Source: Podarcis filfolensis (taxonomy: Eukaryota). From it: a stretch of 64,000 nt of DNA. This document shows, piece after piece, positions 11,201 to 23,200 of this stretch. Position 1 is the stretch's first letter, and the number at the start of each line of letters is the position of its first letter. The stretch lies in the NCBI GenBank assembly GCA_964270895.1, contig OZ185437.1, one strand, 5' to 3'. The position numbers and the translations under genes are program-made. The notes beneath the pieces were generated by a model. The model did not search any database. It was not told the origin of the DNA and saw only the letters and a program-made list of their open reading frames with translations.

Positions 11201-14200
11201 CAGGTCAAGAACAGTTTCAGGTTAAGAACGGACCTCCAGAACAAATTAAGTTCTTAACCCGAGGTACCACTGTAGTGTTTAAATCCCTAAACAAGTTAGG
11301 CCCCATATACCACCTTATTCTTCTGACTGTAAATTGTATAAATTGATTTTAATCTTGCGTTTTTATATTGTTGCAACGTGCTGAAGGATGAGTAAGATAC
11401 CCAAAAGAAGAAATAAATAATATCAATGATAGTTTGTTGCTGTACAGTATGCATTCTGGCCCTGCAGCATCTGAAGACTATGCAAGGTTTTACAGAGGTG
11501 TGTTGTTTGTCAATTAGGATTATCATAGAATCATAGAACTGTAGAGCTGGATGGGACCCTGAGGATAATCTAGTCCAACCCCCTGCAGTGCAGGAATATG
11601 CAGCTGTTCCCTACGGGGATCAAACCTGCAGTCTTGGCATTATCAGCACCATGCTCTAACCAACTGAGCCATATAGGAAGTTCCCTTCTACAGTCAGACC
11701 ATTGGTCCACCTAGCTATGAACTGTCAGTGGATCTTCAAGAGTTCACACAGGAGATGCTCCTAGATCTACCTGGAAATGCCAAGGACTGAACCTGGATCT
11801 ACTGCATGCTAAGCGGTTGATCTACCATTGATCCATAGCCCTTCCCTGACATAAATCCTTACAACAGGAACATATACTTATTTTCATTTCAAGTACTACA
11901 GATAAAGTGTTTCTGCAGTCTCCCAGGTGGGTGCTTTCAGCTTGAAAGATAATGGTTTCCTTTTGCTAGTTAGTATCTGCATAATGTGAGGCCACTGGCC
12001 CCAAGGCTATTAAGGAGTCAAGCATTCATGGAATGAGCCCACAGACTTGCGTTCTTGAGTAGTCCCAAGCTTAGCGATTTCATCAGCGGTTAAGTGGTTT
12101 GCAAGCTGCAGCTCCAATGGCCACAAAGGCCTCTCTTGCCCTCACCAGAATGCGCCCACTGTATCTTGCTGCCCCAACTCCTGTTGTTGGCAATAATCCT
12201 AAATCCAGCTGAGCCTTTTCTGAGAATGTCGAATGGAGAAAAGCCTTCCACGTGAACATCTCCCTTTACAGAGATCGCAGGAAAAAGCAGTTTGCAGGCA
12301 ACCACTTGTTTGGGTATATTATACTTCTGTGGTTGTAAAGGTTTGGCAATAGCGTTAGACAACTCTCTCATCACTTTATAAACGCCATCTCCAACTCCTC
12401 GAAAGATTCAATCAACTGTTTCTCCAAAAAATTTTACACATCACTTTGGAAGACAGGTGAACTAATGCCAGTGTACTTGGAGAAGCAAAGGTCGCCAGTG
12501 TCGAAGCAATTATTCTTCAACATTAACTTTGTTAGACTGGTCATGTTGTTCAGATGCCTGATCAACATCTTCCAAAGCAACTACTCCATTCTGAACTTTA
12601 AAATCGAAAATGTAATGCTGGTGGTCAACGCAAGAGGTTTAGAGACAAATTTCTAAAAATGTAGTATAAACACTGACAATTGGGAAACACTGGCCTGCGA
12701 GCGCTCCAATTGGAGAACAGCCTTTACCAAAGCTGTCATGGGCTTTGAAGACACTTGTGAACTCAGGTCGAAAGGGAAAAACATGCTAAGAGGAAGGCAT
12801 GTTTGGCAAACCCTCACCATGATCCACTTCTGACCGGAAACCTATGTCCCTACTGTGGAAGGACGTGTGGATCCAGAATTGGCTTCCACAGTCACTTACA
12901 GACTCACTGTTAAGACTGTGTTCATGGAAGACAGTATTACTCGGCTATGAGTGATTGCCAAAGAAGAAGATGATCACTTTACATGCAGAATTTTACACCC
13001 TTATGCCTTGTAATGGCAGCCTTAAATTTTATTCCACTGGTCATACAAATGAGAATACAAAATGGTAAAGGGCAAACATAGGGGGATAGATTCAGTTACC
13101 TCTATTGTGCCTCTGTATCAAGCTGTAACAGGAATGTTATTAAACAAACATCAATACTGTTGTGAAAGTGATTACCTTTGCCTCCCACCTCTGTGGAACC
13201 ACCTGACTCAAATTCTGCATTTTCTAGGGGCACTTTTGGGCTGTGCTGTTGAAATGCGGTTCTTCTTTTAGTTTGTTTTGAGGCAGCCTCTGGAAAAGGA
13301 GATGTAGCACTTTCACCATTGTTTCTGTTTTCATGACAACTTTGCCTCCTCACAGTAATCTTAGTAATATCTTCAGATAAGTCCTTTTCCACAAGCAGCC
13401 CATTAGTGATTTTTGTTTGGCTTCCTGGACTTTGTAGAGGGGAACTGGAAGAGTCTGATGACTGTTTGAGCCGAGTGTTCAGAAGAGAGACTTGTGTCTT
13501 TAGCATCTCGTTTTCTTCCTCTAATTTATCATAATCAATTATCAGGGTACAGTACTTATCCAGGTTTTGATCAGCTTCTGCAGTTTTCTCTTCAACCAGT
13601 TCCTTCAGATCTTCCAGCTCCAACCTTATCTCTTCTGCGGTGGCATTCCTATCAGAACCTATGCAATGAAAGAACAGCCCTTAATAAATGAAGGATTAGC
13701 AACAGAGACTTCCAATATACTTTACCTGAAAATATTGTAAAGAGCATTTCAGCAGCAGTGGACACCAAACACGATCGACTCCTTTAGATATGTAGTTCAT
13801 CTTAAGACCTAAAGATCTTCCTCAGTCCTCCTGGAGCATGGCCCTTTCTGCAGTGGCACCAACGCTGTGAAACTCCCACTCACTGGGTATCTATTTCATT
13901 TCCTGTCTTTAGTTTCTCTGATGGTTTTCCAATGTGCTTTTTCAGGGAATGCTATAATTGCTTTAATTTTTATTTTAAAAGATGTAATTTGTGGGCGATG
14001 CATGCTGTGGGCCACCTGCACCAAATGATGAGTTAAAATATTTTAGCAACTACCTAACTACTATGAAATTGCCAGAAGCTTCATATGAAAAACGAGAGGT
14101 GGGGACCTCTTCTCTGCTGTTGCCAGTGGATGAAATAACAAGTAGGGTGGCAGGAGCTGGCCCAGAATGGGATAAAAAAGGCATCTGTGCAGAAGGCTGT

Positions 14201-17200
14201 AGATAAAAGCTCAATGCACACCAGGATGATTATGCTAGATAGTGGGTTGATGCTGACCATGGCACAACCAGAATCCCAGCATGACCTTTTTTCAGGGTTA
14301 GAACGAACAGCAATACTTTTTTGCATTCTAATGTCAGCCGGGGCTACTGATGAGGGAACTGTTGTTGCATTTTTGCACACATACACACAAAGGCATGAGG
14401 AATCTCCAGCCCACAGGCCAAATTAGACCCAGCAGAGGTCCTAATTTGGCCCCTGAGGCTTTCCCCCCCAAACCACGGCCAGCTGCCCCTCACACGTGAC
14501 ATCAGATGTGGGACATCAGATGTGGGGTTGCAAAGGGACGATGAGGAGCTTAAAGTGACTGTTAGGTGATTAATAGGTGCGCAGCCCCACACACATGTCA
14601 AAGCAGCCCAAGGTGGGGTTGAGGGAGGAGGCCTGCCTGCAGGATGGAAAAAGCTCCCCACGCCTGCACTACATACCTGGATCCATCTTCTTCAGTTGAA
14701 TCTGAAGTTCATGAATCTGCTTCACCATCACCTTTTTCTCCTGCTTTAGTTCTGTGTAGGTTTTCAGCCAATGCTGAAATCTATGATGGAAAGAATCAAA
14801 TTCTGTCTTGAGTTGCACTGTTTGCTGGTGGCTATTTGCCTGCAAAATAAAATAAAAATAAACCGGTAAACATGCATTCAATTATTGCTGCAGAAGCAAT
14901 AATCACCCAGCCAAATGCAAAACCGGGCTTCTCATTAGTTCAAAGTAAAGCGCATGGATGTTCTCCTTTCCTTCCATAACACCCACACTGTTGGGGCAAC
15001 TATGCTATTTCCTAACAGGACCTGTTAACTAGAGCATCTGATGAATTCCATAAAACGAAACAAACGTCTACTGATGTCCTTCGGTTTGCACCAGACAGGC
15101 CCTAGCTGTCTATGCCAGAGATCCAAAAGCAGAGTCCAGTTTGCACATGCTGTTAATGGTTCACTTCAAGCATGCAGAAGGCTCTCAATGCAATCCTCCC
15201 ATGTGGCCAGGGAGATGTTAATCCAGACACTAAACCAAGGTTTCTTCTCGGCTTACCAACTGCAGCATGTTTGAGCAAATCTTGGTTTGTTCAGAATGAA
15301 ACAAACCACAATCCCTAGTTCGGACATAACACTAAGCCAGGGATCATGGCTTGTTCTTCCTGCCATCTAGATGAGATGGGTAAAAGGGAAGATTTCTGCA
15401 TGTTCGCAGTAAAGCATTACTATGGTTTACCATAACGTGCAAACACTGCTGCTATGTTGCACATCACAGCAACTCTTTACTATGTACGCTGTAAGTAGCA
15501 CAGTAATAGACTAGGGCTACTATCCTATGCACGCTTATCTAGGTGTAACTCCCACTGAACACTGAGTACTATTTCTGAGGAAACATCCATAAGATTATGC
15601 TCTACATCAGGCATAGGCAAACTCGGCCCTCCAGATGTTTTGGGACTACAATTCCCATCATCCCTGACCACTGGTCCTGTTAGCTAGGGATCATGGGAGT
15701 TGTAGGCCAAAAACATCTGGAGGGTTGAGTTTGCCTATGCCTGCTCTACATATTTCATGTTATACTTATATATAACATACTTTACAGTTATGATTGCAAT
15801 AGAACTATAAACTTAAATATCAGCTTGTCTTCTTCAGATAAAGTGGATTTTGATTTTGGGAACCACATCTGCAGTCACTCAATGTTACTTTGTTATTTGG
15901 CGCCAGGCAAAATGTATTTAATCTCTACATGCATATTCTAGAAAACTCCCCCAATATAAAAAAACCCCCAAATCAGCCTTTAATTTCAGAAGGAACCTAT
16001 TAACCTACAAGATATTCTACCCATGATGTCAACAATATGCTGTACCTTTTCAAGGAAGGCAGGTTTTTCAGAAGTTGCAGCTTCCAACTCCACCTCTGTA
16101 GCCTCAAGACTAGACTGCAGAGTTTCATTTTTGGGCAACTGCTCCAGAACAGGATCACTGTCATCCAGCTTTTGTATGAGGTCTTGGAATTGCTGGGCGA
16201 GGACCTCCAGCAAATGCTCCATTTCAGAATGTTTGTGTTTGGCTTCCTGTAGATGATGAGCCAACCGTCCATTCTCTTCTTTGACACAAGCAACTTCATC
16301 CATCAGATCCTGTTCTTTTGTCTTGAAATTCTCTTCTTCACAATGAGGAAGTTTAACTTCTTCACGGGCCAGTTTCAACTGGGATTCCATCGACATCAGC
16401 GCGTTTTCAAATTCACCTCTAATTTGCACCTTCTCCTTCTCCCTTTCTTCTAGCTGCTTCACAAGCATGGAATTAAGACCTTCTAAATCAGATACTTTAT
16501 CCTGATTTTCTTTCAGCTCTCTCTCTAGAGATCCTTTTTCTAACTTTAAGGCATTCACCTCACATTCCAAGCTTTGCAAAGTCGCACGCATCATTTCTAT
16601 CTCCGCAGTGGCTGTTTCTGTCTCTGCTTTAGCCGTCTCTGCCCTAAGAATTGCATCTTCCAAATTGTCCTCTGACATCTGCAATTCTCTTTCGAGATTC
16701 TCAATTCTGTCTGCAAGGGAGTCAGCTTTCCGTTCGCTTTCTTTCAGTTTTCCCGCAAGGTGACACCTTTTCTTTTCGTCGGATTCTATTTTTATTTTGA
16801 GCTTCTCGATGCCCTGTCGCAGCTGAGACAACTCCTCCTGTGCTGAGTTCAGCCTAGTTGCAAGTTCACCCTTTTCTATTAGCGACCCTTCCAGAGACTT
16901 TGATATCTTGGCATATTCCATTTCAGAGATACTTAACTTGCTGTGCAAAGTTTCATATTCCCTAAGGCTCACTTCTTTTTCCTCATTCAGATGCTCTATT
17001 TGGCTTTGCGCTGCCTCTTTTTCTAACACAAGAGCCCTCATAACCTGATCCAGATTCTGTAACTGCAGCAGAAGTCTGTCCTTTTCGGTTGATAACCGAT
17101 GAGTATCGGCCTTCGTGGCCTGAAGCAATTTTGCCTGAGTATTAGCTTCGGCTTCCAATATCCTGATAAATTCAGCAGAATCCCCTTTACTCGACTCAAG

Positions 17201-20200
17201 TTCTTTGATAGTCTCTTGCATTTTCTGGCACATTTGATCCGATTCTTCTTTATCCTTCAACAAAGCACTCAGATCTTGACTAAATTGGTTTCTCTCAGTG
17301 ACGAGTATATGAAGCTGCTCTTGAAGGCCAAAAATGCTTTTCAGTTTATTTTCGTTTTCTTTTTCCAAATGCTCGTTCTTTAACTGAAGCTCCTCGATGT
17401 CGGTCTCCATGGATAAGGCATGGTTCTCAATATTTGCTTTCTCAGATTTTATCCTCCTCAGCTCATTTTCAGTTTCAAGAAGCCTCTCAGTCCAGTCGGC
17501 CTTGTCCATTTCCAAATCTTCCAGAGTCTCTGTTGTATTGGACAGTCTTGCCTTGTACATTTCCATATCAGATTTTACCTTCTCAAGTTCTATTCCAAGA
17601 GCCATAAGGCTGTAAGACAACTGCTGGTTATCAAAAGTAACAGACTTAAGTGACTCATTTAAGTCTCCTTTTTCTTTTTTGAGTGCTACAACTGTTTTGT
17701 CCAACTCTGCACAAGCAGTTCTCTCTGCAGCCAGCTCTTTGTCCTTTGAATCCAGGCCTGACTTTAGGTTTTGGATCTCCATTAGTAGAATATCAGCTCT
17801 TTTACTGCTTTCCTCCACGTCAGGGAAGGGCTTGGAGATTTTATTACATGTCTGCTCTACTTCTAGCAGAGGCTTTTCAGGGGCCCTTTGGCTTTCCAAG
17901 GTGTTCACAGGCATCGCATCAGTGTTTTGAGAAGGAAGAAACGATAACTCACCAGGATAGTTTGGAGAATTAATGGATATATCTGTTGCATTTCTGGATT
18001 CTGTGTCTAAGTCCAGAAGGCCTCTTTCTCTAAATTTCATGCAGATTGCTTGGCAAATAGATTCTTCATCTTCTGTTCTATTCGCTTCACCTGCCCTTGC
18101 TGATATTTTACTATTTTCAGCTTCAAATGTTGTGCTTTCACTGGACATGCCATACAGTTCCAGTTGACCCAAGGGATCAATTGCTTGCTTAGCGGGAATC
18201 TGGACTTGCTAGAAGTAGATGGGGAAAAGAGAGTCATTTTAATTAATAAGTCACTTTTATCAAACTGATATATTTATTCTTTTATTTATTACATTTAACT
18301 GTGATACTTCCTCCCCAAAGGAGTCCAGGGTGGCAAAAAAATAAATAAACACATCTTCAAAAACAATGCCAATGACCTCTGCTGAATAAAATGGGAACCG
18401 ATATGTAATGTTTTGGTAGATAAAGAACACACTTAATATTCTAATATGGGCCCTCCTGTTGATCACCTGGGGAAATTGTTTTCTGCAGGGTCCTCTGATT
18501 GTGTGGAGAGCTCTACTCACTTTCAGAGAAATGCAAACGTAATTGCTGCACAGACCTTCCTAGTCCAACACAGGGAAGGCTGGGGAACTTGGGCAGTTGG
18601 GGGCAGAGCATTGGGGGCAGGACATGCATGTGGGCCCCGCTGGCTACACAACTTGGTGCTCACATTTTCAGGCAAATGCTTGAAGACACCTCATCTCTTA
18701 TGCAACATTTCACCAAAGCAGGCTCTTCCCACCTACTGATGTCATTCCCTATTACATAAATTGGTCCTCTGTAGCAATAATCACACATAGCTGTTGTTGC
18801 TGGATTTAATACAGTGGTACCTCCGGTTAAGTACTTAATTCATTCCAGAGGTCCGTTCTTAACCTGAAACTGTTCTTAACCTGAAGCACCACTTTAGCTA
18901 ATGGGGCCTCCTGCTGCTGCCGCGCCGCAGGAGCACGACTTCTGTTTTCATCCTGAAGCAAAGTTCTTAACCTGAAGCACTATTTCTGGGTTAGCGGAGT
19001 CTGTAACCTGAAGCGTATGTAACCCGAGGGACCACTGTATATGAAAGAACCTGGAACTGAAATACTAATATTTAGCAACCTTGGCATACTCAACAAGATT
19101 GCTTTTTTGCTGTCAAGCATACTCTTCTCCCCTCTCTGAGCATATTTCTTGGCTGGAGCCAGGGAGGGACAGAATTTAACTGGCAATAATGGCCATAAAT
19201 TGAGGCTTTAAAAATGAGTAAGTTGATGCGAAGCTCTTCTTTCAGAATTCGGATACAAAACCAAATCTTTATGTATCTTGATTCACTGTTTCTTAGAATA
19301 CAGAAACTACAGCATTTCAAGGCTGTCAAAATAGTTTCAAATTGGGTGCGTGTGTGAAAGAAATAAGTTTTAAAACAGGGATAGTTAACATGGTGCCCTC
19401 CAGATGTTGTTAAACTACAACTCCCATCAGCCCCAGCCAATATGGCCAAGGGTCAGGGATGATGGGAGTTGAAGTCCAACAAAACATCTGAAGTTAGCCA
19501 CCGTGCTTTTTGAACAGCCTTTGCTCCCAGTCTAAAGAGACTTCCTCCCTTCCCTCCCAAAACAGTACACATGGGTAATCTATTGAACATACATGCAAAA
19601 CTGCATGATAAGAAATTAGGCACACTTACGTGTTCGGTGTCAACGCAAAGCAGAGACTGAGAACCTAAATCAAGGCCTTGCAGTGGTTCCTCTAGTTCCT
19701 GAGGCAACAGGTCAGGATGTTTCTTCTCGGCTGGCAATTTAGATGCCACCTGCAAGACCACATCATTAAGTTTTCGTTGCCACTGTTTGCTTTCCGATAT
19801 ATTTTGCTTTTGGAGACCATCAACTTCCTTCCTTACAGAAAGGAGCAGTTCTTGGATCTTTTGGATCTCTTCGTCTTCAAGATTTTTATGCGACTCAAAT
19901 GAGTCTTCAAGCATCCTGAAGGACTTCTCATAAGCCTCACGTAGGAGGTGTTCGACTCTCTTTTTTAAATGATGTCTTTCAGGCATGGCACGCCCCTTCT
20001 TCATGATACAGGCCTGTGGGTCACTGTCATTCCCTTCTGAAAGAAAGTGGCCATGTTCCTCAGGGGTACTTTCTAGATCAGCTTGTTTGTTACTACTTAG
20101 GTCACTTATTTCATTTGATGGTCTGTACTGATCAGAGTCGATATCAGATTCCACAAGAGTTGGACTTGTACACAAGGAGATTTTGCTGCAAGAAGGAAAT

Positions 20201-23154
20201 CTCACGGAGAACTTTCCATGTGAATGAAATTCTTCATTCATTAGAAGAGGGGTTACCTGTGTTGTGAAGGAAGAATTAGTGACTTGGTCGAGGCTGGTTG
20301 ATAGTGCAGCATTTTCCTCCTTGAGCATGTCAACATAGCTTTGCAGCTCTGATATTTTGGCGGCCATACCCGAGTGCTGCTCTTGCAAGCTGCTATATTC
20401 ATTTTTCAAAGAGAAGATTTTTTCCTTGACCCCGTCAAAGTGCATTTTAATTTCTTTGCTGGATGGCTTCAAACCTTTGCAGTCAAGTCCATCACAACAT
20501 TCCAGAGCTATTAAGGGCACTTGCTCAATATCAGATTGTGCTGCTATTTTACTGTGATCTATTAAACCACCAGAAAAAGCGGCGCTCTCTTCTGTTCCAT
20601 TATTAATTCTGCCGATGAGCTCTTCTGCCATTGCGCCTGTGATGCATTTCAATTGAGAGTCTTTCAGCTGTGATGCTAATGTTGACTTTTCAATCTGCAG
20701 GTGTTCGAACATTTTCTCCAACTCATTGAGCTTGCTCATTGTCATGTGTAGGGAGGCTACTAATCGGACATAATCACTTTGGCTGGGCGTCAGATCATGA
20801 GGAACTGACGAACACTTGGCATCTATCTGTCCGCTAAAGTTGTCCTTGGAAACAGCATTGAAATGTGCTGCTGATTGGTCATTCCCTTCCTCTTCTGTAA
20901 GCTCTAAATGTGGATTTTCCACATCTTTAAGAGCTTGCAATTCGTGGTTCAGCCTCTCTCTCTCCGTTTCGTTTTCTTCCAGTTTTATTTCCATAGTTCT
21001 CAGAGCACTCTCCAGCTGCTTTACTTGATCAGCATAGTTCTCTACTGAGGCCTCTCTGTCCTCAAGGTCCATTTGAAGCAGCTCTAGCTGAACCTGATAT
21101 TTATTCAGTTCCTCCTCCTTTTCTTCCACAGATCCTCTCAGCTGTCCCAGTGAAGTCTTCTCCACAGGAAAGCCACCAGCTGCACGTTCGTCCCTTATTT
21201 CCAGTTCCTTGACAAGTTCCTCGTTCTCTTGCAGCAACACAGCGTTATGATGCTGCATTTTATGAAGTGCTGCTCTTTCCTGTCCTAGAATCTCAGTTTC
21301 TTCAGGTACTGCCTGCATTTTTTCAAGCTGCTGAAGCAGAGTGTTATTTTCCTTCTCCAAGGACACAACCTTACACTTCAGCTCCTCGTGTTCGTTCATG
21401 AGCTGCTTCTCTCGCTCTTCAAATGTGGCTTTCTCCACTTCAGAATGGCATGCTTGCTCCCTTAAAGCACATTCTAAGTTCTTATTCTCTGCTTCCACTG
21501 ATCCACATTTCTTTTTTGATTCTTCAGATTTAGACAGCAACAAGCTTTTCTCTTTAGGCCTTTCTGACAGTTCCAAGAGGCTTTCCTCCCTCTCCCTCTG
21601 GCTTCTGGACAGACGGAAGCTGGTCTGCATTACGTCTAGATTTCTTTGCTCTAGGGCACTGATATCAATCTTAAGGCCAAGATTTTCATCACTAACTCCT
21701 TCAATTAGCTTTTTATTTAAGGCTATTGGTGCCAATGCATCTGGTTCCTTGTGGCTAACTGTTTGAGGCGTAATTTTCAGTTGCTGCACTGTATCCTCAA
21801 GGAAAGAGTTACTGCTTCTTAAATTCAGAATCTCTGCTTGCTGCCTCTCTGATTCTGCAATCAGTGCTTGCAATGTCTTGTTTTTCTCCTGGAGAGCCTG
21901 TAAAGTCTTAGTGACCAAGTCCTGCTTTTCGGAAACAGCTGCTTCCAACTCACTTATGCGCTTTTCCTTCTCCCTAACAAAATCTTTATGCCTTTGCTCT
22001 GCGGCAGCCAGTTTTCTTTCTGTCTCATCTCTGGCTTGGACCAGCTCCTCACATTGTTTCTCGAAGCTGGATTTTAACTGCACGTGGGAAGCTAAGGATG
22101 TTTCCAAAAAGGCCATACATCTGTCCTTTTCCAACATTTCCTCTCCTACCGTCTCCAGTGTTTTCTGTAGAACATCCACTTGTTTGGTGAACTCAGATAA
22201 TTTCAGTGAATTGTTTTCTCTCTCTTTTCTGTGTTTTTCCTCAGATGCTGCTGTTTTATCCTGAAGGTCACTGTGGGCTTTTCTTTCTGCTTCTAGCTCT
22301 GCTGTTTTGTCTTCCACCATAGCTTTGAGATTTCTAATCTCCACACAAAGGTTTTCATTCGTACCTTCTAAAGCTTTTACTCTCTCATTACTTTTAAGTT
22401 GTTCGGTCATTAAGGCCCTTTCCAGGCTGCAAATCTTGCTCATCAAATCTTCTTTTTCTAAAACAAGTTCATTTATGAGTTGCCCACTTTCTTTTTTCCA
22501 CTGGGAAAGAACCTCAACCTCTTTTTTAAGTTCTTCACACTCTGTAAGAACTTTCTGCAAAGCTTCCAGATCCTCCAGTTTTACAGTGAGCTCTTCAATG
22601 GTGTTTTCTTTGTGCTTCAGAAGCTGCTGGAGAGAGTCTCGTTGGTTTTCCAATTCAGAAATAGCAAGTTTCATTTTCTCCAAAGTGAGAGGATTCTCTT
22701 GTTTGCTCAGATTCTCTTCAAGTAGTTTTAACTCTTTTTCCAGAGAGCAATTTTTATCTGCAATCCAAGTGATTGAAAGAAAAGGGGAAGTGTTTAATTT
22801 ACAAAAAGTAAGATTCCTTTATTCTCTTTATTAGTGTTACTCATTTACTTTATCTATTTTATCCCACTTGTTCTCATCTGGTAACTTAAGGTTTACACAG
22901 ACACACCTGGATCTTATCTTTTTCCCTGTACACTGCAAAACATAATGCATATTGCATAGAATTCTAGCCCAATGGTTGCCATTAATTTGATTTTGAATTG
23001 ATTTTAGAATGAATTGACTTTAGAATGCATTTCAATTAATTGATTGTGATTTTATGTAAACTGTGTTACTTTTATTGTTGTTAGCCGCTCTCAGCCCGGC
23101 TTTGGCTGAGGAGGGCGGGATATAAATAAAAATTATTATTATTATTATTATTAA

Positions 23155-23200
<46 letters not shown>

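Noticed and set aside
15979-16045. Possible truncated isoform by intronic polyadenylation (short read-through, TGA, then ATTAAA)
   Set aside because: ATTAAA is common in AT-rich introns and nothing else supports cleavage here; 3'-end sequencing would be needed
18037-18237. Apparent frameshift at the start of the 728-aa CENPF ORF
   Set aside because: The acceptor at 18208 is in frame with the long ORF; the 66-aa ORF is just an alternative frame
19453-19629. 59-codon extension of the 1076-aa ORF (VSVPNFLSC...)
   Set aside because: It is read-through past a consensus GTAAGT donor into intron and MITE sequence
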